Assembly (NCBI GenBank): GCA_052386995.1
Contig: JBQTJP010000053.1
Span: 1-49,180 of the forward strand
Length of the DNA stretch: 49,180 nt
From: Armatimonadota bacterium
Lineage (GTDB): Bacteria > Sysuimicrobiota > Sysuimicrobiia > Sysuimicrobiales > Humicultoraceae
Direction: 5' to 3'
This document shows positions 28,753-38,139 of the stretch, in pieces (within the stretch, counting starts at the first letter, position 1; each line of letters opens with the position of its first letter). A program made the position numbers and the translations under genes. The notes under the pieces are model-generated. The model was not told the DNA's origin. It was given only the letters and a program-made list of their open reading frames with translations, and did no database searches.

Positions 28753-29805
28753 TCAGTCCCGCCCCGCGGTATCCGGCAGCGGCAGGTAGTAGGAGTTGCC
28801 GGCGGCGGCCCACTCGCGTGACATCTGGCGGAACTCCGGCCCCATCGGATCGAGCCCCCGCATCCGCATGCTGCCTCGCCTGATGGTGAAGTCATGCGGC
28901 GCCAGTTCACCTGCGCGCACGAAGTGCCGCTCGGCGGCTTCGGCGCGCCCCCGCGTATGCAGCCACATTCCCAGGCAGAACTCCGCCTTGGCCTGCTGAT
29001 CGGCCTGCGTCGGGAGACGCTGCCAGGCGCGGACCCGCGCTTCGGGCAGCGCCGGGGCTTCTCCGCGCACCCAGGCCCGCAGCGCGTTCAGATGGCGCGC
29101 GGAGTCGAGCCCTGTGAATGAACGAAAGCGATCGGTGCCAAACGCCACATCGTTCGGCCGCACGATGCGGCCGCCTTCATCGATCCACAGGATCGTCGGC
29201 ACGTTGACGAGATTGTAGAGGTCGGCGACTCGGTACGCGACGTCTATGAGCGAGGGGTGCGTCGGCCGGGCTGCCTCGATCCAGGGGCGGGCGTCGGAGG
29301 GAATCCTGTCCAGTGCAACCGTGACAACCGTGAATCCGAATCCCTTTAGCTCTTCGTGTACGGCCTGCCAGACCGGCAGGTCCTGGCGACAGCCTCACCA
29401 CGACGCGTAGATGACGAGCAGCACTTTCTTACCGCGGTGGTCGGAGAGCGCGTGCAGGCGGCCTTCGAGGTCTGGCAGTGTGAAATCCGGAGCCTGTAGC
29501 GACGCCAGCGCGGCGCCCCGCTCTTCCGGTGATGCGCCGAGATACGCTGCACCCTCCGCCGCGTCGAGTACGAGCGAGCGGCGCAGCAGGGCCGCCAGAT
29601 CGATCAGGTCTATGCCGTCAGTCGTCGAAACGCCGGGCGGCAGCGGAAGACAGACGTCGTGGCGGCACAAGCCCTCAGGTTTGAGCTCCCATCCGAGCGC
29701 GGCCTGCACGCGGTCGGCGCGGAGCCGCACACGCCCGGCGTCGACCTCCGCAACGACCTCAGCCGGCCGGCTGTCGTCGATGATCAGAAACCGTTGTTCG
29801 GGCAC
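28753..29805 (-). CDS. ResA/TlpA-like redoxin selenoprotein (UGC motif, in-frame UGA read as Sec), 350 aa
   Basis: ORFs 29395..29805 and 28753..29202 share a frame with a single TGA (29395-29397): APDFTLPDLEG...KVLLVIYASW-U-GCRQDLPVWQ...NVPTILWIDEGG; SECIS-like hairpin follows. Confidence 0.88.
29362..29383 (-). promoter_or_regulatory. Bacterial SECIS element
   Basis: UGA GGCUGUCGCCAGGA CCUGCC-GGUCU-GGCAGG: a 6-bp stem whose GGUCU apex starts 21 nt after the UGA, resembling the E. coli fdhF SECIS apex. Confidence 0.8.
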
Positions 29806-29854
29806 ACTGTTCTATTCGATAGCGCAGCGTCGGGAGCCTCCGCTGCTTCCCCCG

Positions 29855-30055
29855 TCAATCCGCGGAGGGGGGTCGAATGTCTTTCCCACACAGAGTGCAT
29901 TTCGCTGAGACGCTCCGCAGCAGCGCCTGGCAGTGCGGGCACTGCCAGATCAGCACTCGTCCGCAGGCCGGGCACCGCTCCGGGGCCTCGCGGATGTCCG
30001 TGACCTCCACTCCGAAGCCGCATCTGGGGTCGGGGCAGATAACGCATGCCAGCAT
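29855..30055 (-). CDS. Small Cys-rich double zinc-ribbon-like protein (66 aa)
   Basis: CVICPDPRC, CPAC, CPHC, CTLC; GGAGGA 9 nt before ATG. Confidence 0.75.
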   Translation of the reverse strand: MLACVICPDPRCGFGVEVTDIREAPERCPACGRVLIWQCPHCQALLRSVSAKCTLCGKDIRPPSAD

Positions 30056-30096
30056 GAAGTGCCATCCTCCCGTCCGCGCTAACGCGCATGAGCGGG

Positions 30097-30138
30097 AGCG
30101 TACCAGGACGGGGGCCGAGCGTCGTTGCGCGGCATCAA
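30097..30138 (-). promoter_or_regulatory. Class II CRP/FNR-type promoter: FNR/NnrR-like box plus extended -10
   Basis: TTGAT-gccg-CGCAA (30138-30125) is centred at -41.5 if TGg-TACGCT (hexamer 30102-30097) is the extended -10. Confidence 0.65.
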
Positions 30139-30206
30139 AGAGTCCCGGCGGGCTAAGTTCACCCCGGTCCGGAGGGCGCAGAACGAGTTTGCAGGAAGAG
30201 CGGGGC

Positions 30207-30941
30207 TTATGCGCGGGGATGGGCCCGCGTAGCGATCGCCGACAGCCGCGGCGGATCTATGATGATCAGGCGCATGCGGCCTCCCCCAACGAGTTTCCTG
30301 CGCGTCCAGTTACTGATGATGCGACTCACGGTATGCAGCGTCATCCCGCTGAACTCGGCAAGGTCCTGCCGCGATACCTGGAGGGCAGAGGGCTTTCCGG
30401 CTTCGGTTGGTTGAGCCAGCCGGAGCACCGCGCTGGCCAGGCGCTGCTCGACGGGGAGCGTCGAAATTTCCGCCAATCGGTGGATCAGTTCCCTGATCTC
30501 GTCGGCCATGAACTCGGCCACGGAGACCGAGATACCCGCGTAGCGGGTCATAAGCCTGGTCGCAGTGGCCTGATCCCACGCGAGCACCCTGGAGTCGTCA
30601 GTGGCTTCCGACGAAGTCATGTAATTCGGGATACCCAGCAACCTGAGGCCCCCCATAAATTCTCCTGGACTCACAAAGCGGACGACGATCCGGCTCCCTT
30701 CAGGGTCCACGTACGTGACCTTCATTCGGCCATGGATGAGGAGGTATGCCGCGGCTGCGGGGCTTCCCTGGTTGAGAAGCGTCTCACCGCGCCGCACCCG
30801 GCGCTCGTGCGCCCCCTCAAGCATCGCCTTCAGTTCCGGCCTGCGCATGCGCCTGAAGTATTTGAGGCGTGATACCAGTGCCAGGTACTGGTCGGTGCGC
30901 CGGGCCACTCCTGCGCGAGATCCGTTGTGCGCGGCGACCAT
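30207..30941 (-). CDS. Crp/Fnr family transcriptional regulator, NnrR-like
   Basis: cNMP-type sensor domain (LIHGRMKV, PGEFMGG), VEQRLASAVLRL, HTH SRQDLAEFSGMTLHTVSRIISNW; no Cys, so not an Fe-S FNR. Confidence 0.9.
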   Translation of the reverse strand: MVAAHNGSRAGVARRTDQYLALVSRLKYFRRMRRPELKAMLEGAHERRVRRGETLLNQGSPAAAAYLLIHGRMKVTYVDPEGSRIVVRFVSPGEFMGGLRLLGIPNYMTSSEATDDSRVLAWDQATATRLMTRYAGISVSVAEFMADEIRELIHRLAEISTLPVEQRLASAVLRLAQPTEAGKPSALQVSRQDLAEFSGMTLHTVSRIISNWTRRKLVGGGRMRLIIIDPPRLSAIATRAHPRA

Positions 30942-30944
30942 CTG

Positions 30945-32732
30945 CTAGGGTCCACGCTGGCCTGGCGGCGGGGTCTCGGGTGCGTCCGCGCGACGCTGCA
31001 GCCTCTGCTCGACGGTCTCCAACACCCGCTGGACCTCTCGCACCGCATTCCTCCAGGGCCCACCGACCTGCCCCATGTGGCGGAATTTCTTGTAGCGGGC
31101 AGCGATCAGCCGCCCCGTTGAGAGCCGGGCCAGCTCTGCCAGCGCTGCAAGAACGTGCTGCCGGACCGCATCGGTGGCCTCATCGGGATTCGTATGTGCG
31201 CCGCCCGCCGGTTCCGGAATGATGTGATCGATCACGCCCAGCCGCAGCAGGTCGGCCGCGGTCAGCTTGAGCGCCGAGGCCACCTCGGGCGCATGCGACG
31301 CATCACCGTAGAGGATCACCGACGCCGCTTCGGGTGAAATTACCGAGTAGAAGGCGTACTCCTGCATGAGGACGCGATCGCCCACCGCCAGCGCAAGCGC
31401 GCCGCCGCTGCCACCCTCGCCGATCACTACCGAGACGATCGGGGTCGGCAGCAGCGCCATCGCCTGGAGGTTCTGGGCCAGTGCCTGCGCGATGCCACGT
31501 CGCTCGGCGTCATAGCCCGGATACGCTCCGGGAGTGTCGATGAACGTGACCAGCGGCAGGTGAAACTTGGCAGCCAGGTTCATCAACCGCAGCGCTTCGC
31601 GATAGCCCTCGGGATACGGCATCCCGTGATGCGCGGCCGCCCCCGGCACGCTGTAGCGCTCCTGCCCCACGACCACAACGGTCTGGCCGTCGATCTCGCC
31701 AAGCCCCCCGACGATCGTGGGATCGTCACCATACACGCGGTCGCCGTGCAGCTCAACGAACGATGTCACGATCCGCGCGATGTAGTCCCGGAGGCCCGGG
31801 CGCTCTGGATGCCGCGCGATCTGCACGACATCCCACGCCGCCGGTACGGGGCCGGTCGGTTGCGGCGCGCGAGGAAGCCGCTGAATGGTCCTCCGGACCG
31901 TCTCGGGACGCCTGAGGTGCTTGACGAGGTACCCTAGCGTTTCGCGCAGTTGACGGCGGGGCAGCAGAAGGTCGACGATTCCGCCTTCGAAGAGGCGTTC
32001 GGCTAAATGGGAGTCGTCGGGCAGCTTCTCACCCATCGTGATTTCGATCACCCGGCGGCCGACGAACCCGATGCGGGCGCCGGGCTCAGCAATGAGCACG
32101 TCGCCCAATGATGCGAATGAAGCGGTCACGCCGCCGAACGACGGATGGCTGAGGACGGAGACATGCGCCAGACCGCCGGCGTGATGGCGCGCACGCGCGG
32201 CCGCGGTCTTGGCCATCTGCACGAGCGAGAGCATCCCTTCCTGCATCCGCGCCCCGCCCGTACTGCTTACGGTGATCACGGGCAGGCGCCGCCGTGTGGC
32301 AACCTCGAACGCGTCGGCGATCTTCTCACCGACGACCGAGCCCATCGTGCCGCCCAGGAATCCAAAGTCGAAGAGCGCAAGGACCACCGGCAGGCCGTCG
32401 ATGCGGGCCTGCCCGACCAGCACTGCCTCATGCAGGCCAGTGCGCCGCCGGGCTTCGATCAGGCGAGCGCGATACGTGCGCTGGTCGGCGAAGCGCAGCG
32501 GGTCGACGGAGATCATCCTGCGGTCGAACTCGCGGAAGGTCCCGGCATCCGCAACCAGGGCGATCCAGTCCAGGGCCGGCATGGGCAGGTGCGCGCCGCA
32601 GGCCGGACAGACCCAGAGCGCCTCCCGCAGGGCCGCAATGGGAGTTTCAGTCCCACACGACTGACAGCGGCCCGTCTCGACCGCCGCCTCAGACGGCGCC
32701 GCGGGTCCGAAGCGACGAAATCTCCTCAGCAT
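30945..32732 (-). CDS. accDA: Fused acetyl-CoA carboxylase carboxyltransferase beta/alpha subunits (AccD-AccA)
   Basis: C4 zinc finger (CQSC...CPAC), GGTMGSVVGEK, GGARMQEG, then AccA-like IARHPERP, ELHGDR, FIDTPGAYPG, GEGGSGGALA, SVISPE in one ORF; start ATG 32732 or GTG 32747. Confidence 0.92.
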   Translation of the reverse strand: MLRRFRRFGPAAPSEAAVETGRCQSCGTETPIAALREALWVCPACGAHLPMPALDWIALVADAGTFREFDRRMISVDPLRFADQRTYRARLIEARRRTGLHEAVLVGQARIDGLPVVLALFDFGFLGGTMGSVVGEKIADAFEVATRRRLPVITVSSTGGARMQEGMLSLVQMAKTAAARARHHAGGLAHVSVLSHPSFGGVTASFASLGDVLIAEPGARIGFVGRRVIEITMGEKLPDDSHLAERLFEGGIVDLLLPRRQLRETLGYLVKHLRRPETVRRTIQRLPRAPQPTGPVPAAWDVVQIARHPERPGLRDYIARIVTSFVELHGDRVYGDDPTIVGGLGEIDGQTVVVVGQERYSVPGAAAHHGMPYPEGYREALRLMNLAAKFHLPLVTFIDTPGAYPGYDAERRGIAQALAQNLQAMALLPTPIVSVVIGEGGSGGALALAVGDRVLMQEYAFYSVISPEAASVILYGDASHAPEVASALKLTAADLLRLGVIDHIIPEPAGGAHTNPDEATDAVRQHVLAALAELARLSTGRLIAARYKKFRHMGQVGGPWRNAVREVQRVLETVEQRLQRRADAPETPPPGQRGP

Positions 32733-33876
32733 TGTAGCCCAGTTCACTCAGGATGCTCTCGGTGTGCTGGCCGAGCAGCGGCGGTGGTGTTGCGATCCGC
32801 CCGGGCGTCTCCGACAACTTCATCGGCACGCCCGTCTGCTTGATACGGCCGGCGCGGGGATGGTCAATGTCCACCACCATCTGGCGGTGGCGCACCTGCG
32901 GATCGGTGAACAGATCCGACAGGAGATAGATGGGCCCCGCCGGCACACCCGCCCTCTCAAAGATCTCTGCCCATTCGCGTGTCGTCCGACCCACGAAGAT
33001 GGGCTCGAGCAGGGCGATGAGCTCGGCGCGATGCTTGACCCGGTCGGGATTGGTCGCGAAACGCGAATCCTCCCGCAGATGGGAAGGGCCGATCGCGACG
33101 ACGAACCGGCTCCAGATCGGCTCGCTCCCGACGGCCACGTTCACATATCCGTCCCTGGTCTTGAACGCCTGATACGGCACGAGCGAGGGGTGAGCGCTGC
33201 CGAGCCGCTTCGGATTCTCACCCGTGGCGAAGTAGTAGCCCGCCTGATAGGTCATCCAGGCCACCTGGCTGTCGAGCATCGAAACGTCGACGAGCTGGCC
33301 CCGCCCGGTGCGGTCGCGCGCGCGCAGCGCCGCCATAATGCCGTAGGCGGCGAACATGCCCGCGGCGATGTCGGTGACGGCCACGCCTACTTTAACGGGC
33401 GGCCCACCTTCGTCGCCGGTCGTTCCCATCAGCCCGCCCATCCCCTGCAGAATCAGGTCGTACGCCGCCCGCTCCCGGTAGGGTCCGTCCTGGCCGAACC
33501 CTGAGATCGAAGCATAGATCAGTCGTGGATTGAGTGCGGCCACCGCGGCGTAGCCGAAGCCGAACCGGTTCATCGTGCCGGCACGGAAGTTCTCGACGAG
33601 CACGTCGGCGCGCTGCAACAGACGCCGCAGCACCTCCTGTCCATCCGAATGCTTGAGGTTGAGGGTCAGGCTCTCTTTGTTGCGGTTGATGCCGAGAAAG
33701 TACGAGCTCTCGCCGTTGACGAACGGTGGTCCCCAGCCGCGCGTGTCGTCGCCACCCTCCGGAGTCTCGATCTTGATCACACGCGCGCCCAGATCGCCGA
33801 GCATGAGCGTGCAGTATGGACCGGCCAGAGCCCTGGTCAGATCGACGACGAGGAGGTCATCCAGCGGGGCCGGCAT
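32689..33876 (-). CDS. CaiB/BaiF (family III) CoA-transferase
   Basis: VVDLTRALAGPYC, DLGARVIKIE, NRNKESL, ADVLVENFR, SISGFGQDGP, AYD, PPLLGQHT; true start ATG 33876. Confidence 0.94.
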   Translation of the reverse strand: MPAPLDDLLVVDLTRALAGPYCTLMLGDLGARVIKIETPEGGDDTRGWGPPFVNGESSYFLGINRNKESLTLNLKHSDGQEVLRRLLQRADVLVENFRAGTMNRFGFGYAAVAALNPRLIYASISGFGQDGPYRERAAYDLILQGMGGLMGTTGDEGGPPVKVGVAVTDIAAGMFAAYGIMAALRARDRTGRGQLVDVSMLDSQVAWMTYQAGYYFATGENPKRLGSAHPSLVPYQAFKTRDGYVNVAVGSEPIWSRFVVAIGPSHLREDSRFATNPDRVKHRAELIALLEPIFVGRTTREWAEIFERAGVPAGPIYLLSDLFTDPQVRHRQMVVDIDHPRAGRIKQTGVPMKLSETPGRIATPPPLLGQHTESILSELGYNAEEISSLRTRGAV

Positions 33877-33925
33877 CAGGATGTCACGCGACCCGGGGGA
33901 TTCGGCATGCACACCGGGACGAGCG

Positions 33926-34756
33926 CTAGGCCTCGACGAAGGCCACAAACCGGCAGAAAGCCGCCTCCCCGCCCTTGAAGCGGAACGGGAAGCAGCCAAC
34001 CCACAGGCGCTGATTGAGCACCAGGTCGACCTCGCCGCCGACATTCTCGATGTGGAAGACGCCCCGGGGGAACAGTTTCGTGTGCGTCGCCTGGTATTCT
34101 TTCGGCCAGGGGAAGGCCTGGTCCATCGACATGCCGATCTTCGCCTCGACCTCGGGGACCAGGTCGCGCCGGGCGTCGCGCACTTTCGTGTTGAAGGGGT
34201 GGTCGGTCGAGATCGCGTCGATCGCCATCCAGCGGATGCCGCGGTCGAGCACCCAGTCGCAAAACTCCGCGCGCGGACCCGGGTGGCGCAGGAACGCCCG
34301 CGGGAGATCGGCCCGGGCGTCTGAGTGCTGCGCCTTCGTGGCGGGCGACCAGTCCTCGTTGTAGTACGCGTGGTAGCCGGTGTGGATGACCAGGATGTCC
34401 CCGCGCTCGATCTTGATATTGTATTTCTTCTCCCACTGCTCGAAGTGCTTCGACCCGTAGATATCGTAGTCGCCGATACCGAACTGCTGGAGGTCGACGA
34501 TGCACGCGGGGCCGACGAGCGCGCCGATCGGGATGCCGGACACGTCGGGACCCGGATCGTGAAAGTGCAGCGGCGAATCGAGGTGCGTCGCGATATGGTT
34601 CGTGCTGCTGATGTGCTGCGCGTTGACTCCCTCGAACGCCATTTTCTTGACCCAGGTGATCTTCGGACCTTCGTAGTACGCGAAGGGCGGGGAGTCCATG
34701 CTGAAGTTCTGCGACAGATCGAGCACCCGCGCCCGGGATAAATCAAACGACTTCAT
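33926..34756 (-). CDS. Cyclase family (kynurenine formamidase-like) metal-dependent amidohydrolase
   Basis: HIATHLDSPLH (HxxTHxDxPxH), GDILVIHTG, IDAISTDHP, HIENV; GGAGGG RBS. Confidence 0.9.
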   Translation of the reverse strand: MKSFDLSRARVLDLSQNFSMDSPPFAYYEGPKITWVKKMAFEGVNAQHISSTNHIATHLDSPLHFHDPGPDVSGIPIGALVGPACIVDLQQFGIGDYDIYGSKHFEQWEKKYNIKIERGDILVIHTGYHAYYNEDWSPATKAQHSDARADLPRAFLRHPGPRAEFCDWVLDRGIRWMAIDAISTDHPFNTKVRDARRDLVPEVEAKIGMSMDQAFPWPKEYQATHTKLFPRGVFHIENVGGEVDLVLNQRLWVGCFPFRFKGGEAAFCRFVAFVEA

Positions 34757-34890
34757 ACCCTCTTCCCTCCTCAGCTCACCGTGTGCGTCAACTCGGCGGG
34801 GACGTTCTTCGGCGGCAGCAGCGTCATGCCTGCCCGGGAACTATACGAGAAGGGAAACTCACTACCAAAGCCTAAGTCCACGCCGACCTC

Positions 34891-36159
34891 ATGGACCTGA
34901 TCGTGCGGCGCGCGGCTGTGGCCGGGTGGGACCGGCCCGTTGATATCGCTGTCCGCGGCGACCGGATCGTCGGCATCGCGCCGGCGATCACCGGCGGCGC
35001 CGCAACCGAGATCGACGCCGCGGGCGGCCTCGTCACCCCCTCGTTGATCGAGACCCATATCCACCTCGATGCGGTGCTCACCGTCGGCGATCCCCGCTAC
35101 AACGCGAGCGGGTCGTTGTTCGAGGGCATCGAGATCTGGGGCGAGCGGGTCAAGCGCCTCACGCACGACGACGTCGTGCGACGGGCCAATCAGGCAATCA
35201 AATGGATGCTGGCCTGTGGCGTGACGCATATCCGCACGCATGTGGACGTGTGCGATCCGACCCTGACCGCGCTGCGCGCCCTGCTGGAGGTGCGCCGGGC
35301 GTGGCGGGAGACCGTCACGATCCAGATCGTCGCCTTTCCGCAGCAGGGGATCTATTCGTTCCCCGACGGCGAGGCGCTGATGACGAAGGCGACAGAGATG
35401 GGCGCCGATGTCGTCGGCGGGATTCCCCACTATGAATGGACGCGCGAGTACGGCGAGCGCGACGTGAAGTTCGCGCTGCGTCTTGCGTCCGAATCCGGCC
35501 GCCGGGCCGACCTGCACTGCGACGAAACCGACGACGACCAGAGCCGCTTCCTCGAGCTTGTGGCGGCGGAGACCATCCGTCTGGGACTCCAGGGACGCGT
35601 GACCGCGAGCCACACGACCGCGATGCATTCGTACAGCAACGCCTATGCCTATCGGTTGATCCGGTGGATGCGGCGGGCCGGCGTGCACATCATCACCAAC
35701 CCGCTCGACAACTCCGTGCTGCAGGGGCGCTTCGACGGCTATCCGATCCGCCGCGGGTTCACGCGCGTCAAGGAGTTGCTCGCCAACGGCATCAATGTCT
35801 GCATCGGGCACGACTCGATCATGGACCCCTGGTATCCGCTGGGGATCGGCGACCCGGTCCAGGCGTGCTTCGTGATGGTGCACTATGGACAGCTCTCCGG
35901 CTACGACGAGCTCAACACCATGCTCGAGATGGTGACGACGCGGGCGGCGGCCTGCTTCGGTCTCACCGACTACGGCCTCGCCGAGGGGAAGCGCGCCGAT
36001 CTGGTCGTCTTCGATGCGCCGACCCCGATGGATGTCGTCCGGAAGATTGCCGCGCGGCGCGCGGTGATCTCGCGCGGGCGCCTGGTCGCCCGGACGGCAC
36101 CGGCGCGGTCTGAGGTCATCCTCGACGGCGCGCCTGAACTTGTGACGTTCCAGCGATGA
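34891..36159 (+). CDS. codA: Cytosine deaminase (bacterial amidohydrolase type)
   Basis: ETHIHLD, NASGSLFEGIEIW, QIVAFPQQG, GGIPHYEWTREYG, HCDETDD, ASHTTAM, GHDSIMDPWYPLG. Confidence 0.9.
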   Translation: MDLIVRRAAVAGWDRPVDIAVRGDRIVGIAPAITGGAATEIDAAGGLVTPSLIETHIHLDAVLTVGDPRYNASGSLFEGIEIWGERVKRLTHDDVVRRANQAIKWMLACGVTHIRTHVDVCDPTLTALRALLEVRRAWRETVTIQIVAFPQQGIYSFPDGEALMTKATEMGADVVGGIPHYEWTREYGERDVKFALRLASESGRRADLHCDETDDDQSRFLELVAAETIRLGLQGRVTASHTTAMHSYSNAYAYRLIRWMRRAGVHIITNPLDNSVLQGRFDGYPIRRGFTRVKELLANGINVCIGHDSIMDPWYPLGIGDPVQACFVMVHYGQLSGYDELNTMLEMVTTRAAACFGLTDYGLAEGKRADLVVFDAPTPMDVVRKIAARRAVISRGRLVARTAPARSEVILDGAPELVTFQR

Positions 36160-37028
36160 GCCAGGAGGCGAGGAGCGCGGCCGCGCTGCCCGAACGCCCC
36201 GCGGGTCCCGCAGGCCCCGCGGGGTCGACGCCCCCGCGCGCCACCGCGGCGTCACGCCTGGCGCTGGGCGACCTGCGCTCGTGGACGATCTTTGGGATCC
36301 TGCTCATCGCCGCCTGGGAAGCCGCCTCGCGGCTGTACGCGCAACCGTACCTCCTGCCGGCCCCGTCCGCGATCGCCCGCGAGCTGCGGGACAACTGGCA
36401 GCTCGTCCTGACCTACACATCGATCACCACCCAGGAGGTCGTGCTGGGGTTTATGTTTGGCTCGATCGCCGCCCTGCTGGGTGCGATGGCGTTCATCTGG
36501 CTGCCGAAGCCGCTCGAAGACTTTCTCTTTCGCATCGTCGTCACGCTCAACAGCACGCCGTTCGTCGCGCTGGCCTCGCTGGCCGTCGTCTGGTTCGGTC
36601 TGGGCCTGCGGAGCAAGGTCATCATCGCCGCGCTGTACACCTTTTTTGCGGTGCTCTACACCACGCACAAAGGGTTCGTCTCGGTGGAGGTCATCCGCGA
36701 GCAGTTGATGGACGTTTACAACGCCACCTGGTGGCAGCGGATCTTCCTGCTGAAGGTCCCCTCCGCCCTGCCGATCATCTTCGTCAGCCTGAAGGGAGGC
36801 GTGATGGCGGCGGTGAACGGGGCCATCGTCGGCGAGCTCTACGGGGCCTCGGAAGGTCTGGGGTACATGATCCTGGACTCGCGCTATGTGGCGAACACGA
36901 CCCGGGTCTTTCTGGCCGCGGTCTTCTGTACCGTGATCGGCTGGTTGCTGCTCGGCGCCGTGACCGCGGCCGAGCGGCTAATGCTGCCATGGCACGTCAG
37001 TATGCGCAAGGAGACCGGGGGGGTGTGA
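36156..37028 (+). CDS. ABC transporter permease (SsuC/TauC type)
   Basis: LLPAPS, VWFGLG, LKVPSALP, GAIVGELYGASEGLG; ATGA overlap with codA. Confidence 0.9.
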   Translation: MSQEARSAAALPERPAGPAGPAGSTPPRATAASRLALGDLRSWTIFGILLIAAWEAASRLYAQPYLLPAPSAIARELRDNWQLVLTYTSITTQEVVLGFMFGSIAALLGAMAFIWLPKPLEDFLFRIVVTLNSTPFVALASLAVVWFGLGLRSKVIIAALYTFFAVLYTTHKGFVSVEVIREQLMDVYNATWWQRIFLLKVPSALPIIFVSLKGGVMAAVNGAIVGELYGASEGLGYMILDSRYVANTTRVFLAAVFCTVIGWLLLGAVTAAERLMLPWHVSMRKETGGV

Positions 37029-37087
37029 GCGGCGCGCGGGCCTGCCAGGCCGGCCACAGATTCCACATTCACAAGGAGGCAAGAGCG

Positions 37088-38086
37088 ATGCACACCGCAC
37101 TCCGTCTGGCCGTGCTCCTGCTCGTGCTTATTCTGGGCAGTGCCGGAACCATGACAGCGCAGAGCATGAGCGCGGTCACGATCTTCGAGGCCTGGTTCAT
37201 CCACAACGAGTCGATGGGCGATCCCGTCGCCATCGACAAAGGTTTCTACAAGAAACTCAACCTCGACGTCAAGGTCGTGGGTGGCGGCCCAGGACTGTCC
37301 CCCATCGAGCGGACGCTGGCCGAAGCCAAGAAGGGCACGATCGCGTTCGGCGTGGACTATCCCTATAACATCCTCGAGGCTCGCGAGAAGCAGAAGCTCC
37401 CCCTGGTCGTCGTGGCTCACGACTTCCAGAAGTCGGCGGTGCGTCTAATCTCGTGGAAGGAGCTCAAGAGCGCCCGCGACATCGAGGGCACTGTCGCGAC
37501 GTGGATCGGGTACGACAAGCAGATCAAGGCCGCGATCGGCCCCGACTGGGACAAGAAGATCAAGATCGTCAACCAGCAGGGAGACCCGGCCACGATCGGC
37601 TCGTGGCTGAAGAAGACGTACGTCTTCGCGCACGCGATGGCCTACAACGAGGTGCTGGTCGCCAAGCGCAACGCGAAGGACACATATTTCGTCTACACCT
37701 TCCCGGACTTCGGCATCGACTGGCCGGAGAACGTCGTGTTCACGACGGAGGAGATCCTCCAGAAGCACCCACAAGCCGTGCAGGCCTTCGTCACGGGGCG
37801 GTACGAGGGCTATAAGTACGCGCTCGCCAACCGGCAGGAGGCCGTGCAGATCCTCCTCAAGTACAACACCAATCTCAAGGGCAACGAATCCCACGAGATC
37901 GCGGGCATGGACGCGATCGCGTCCATCATGGTCACCGACTCGTCGCGCAAGAACGGCCTGGGCTACGTTGACGCAGCCGGGTGGGAGCGCGTCGCGAAGG
38001 ATATGACAAAGGCCAAGCTCTTTGCCACGATGCCGAACTACCAGGCCGCGTTCAGCACCAAGTTCCCCAGCAAAGTGACGCCGTAA
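37088..38086 (+). CDS. ABC transporter substrate-binding protein, NMT1/THI5-like
   Basis: AAGGAGG RBS, signal peptide, DKGFYKKLNLDVKVVGGGPG, AMAYNE. Confidence 0.87.
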   Translation: MHTALRLAVLLLVLILGSAGTMTAQSMSAVTIFEAWFIHNESMGDPVAIDKGFYKKLNLDVKVVGGGPGLSPIERTLAEAKKGTIAFGVDYPYNILEAREKQKLPLVVVAHDFQKSAVRLISWKELKSARDIEGTVATWIGYDKQIKAAIGPDWDKKIKIVNQQGDPATIGSWLKKTYVFAHAMAYNEVLVAKRNAKDTYFVYTFPDFGIDWPENVVFTTEEILQKHPQAVQAFVTGRYEGYKYALANRQEAVQILLKYNTNLKGNESHEIAGMDAIASIMVTDSSRKNGLGYVDAAGWERVAKDMTKAKLFATMPNYQAAFSTKFPSKVTP

Positions 38087-38096
38087 GATATTTTAT

Positions 38097-38139
38097 CCCT
38101 GCTAGGGGGGACCGGGCTTTCGACCGGTCCCCCGCAGGG
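38097..38139 (+). promoter_or_regulatory. Long intercistronic stem-loop between the SBP and ATPase genes
   Basis: CCCTGC..GGGGGACCGG-gctttcga-CCGGTCCCCC-GCAGGG; no U-tract; 3' arm overlaps the ATPase RBS region. Confidence 0.65.

Noticed and set aside
29395..29397. Genome-wide UGA reassignment, or two separate genes
   Set aside because: Many genes here end in TGA with ATGA/GTGA overlaps, so UGA is a normal stop; the position at the catalytic Cys plus a SECIS favours selenocysteine.
32689..34746. 685-aa ORF suggesting a long N-terminal fusion to the CoA-transferase
   Set aside because: The extension is an alternative frame of the cyclase gene. The same artefact explains the extensions of 7333..8778, 14274..15497, 15466..16965, 17901..19289, 20001..21767 and 36281..38086.
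34757..34890. Riboswitch between the cyclase and codA genes
   Set aside because: No recognisable TPP, purine or other aptamer consensus.
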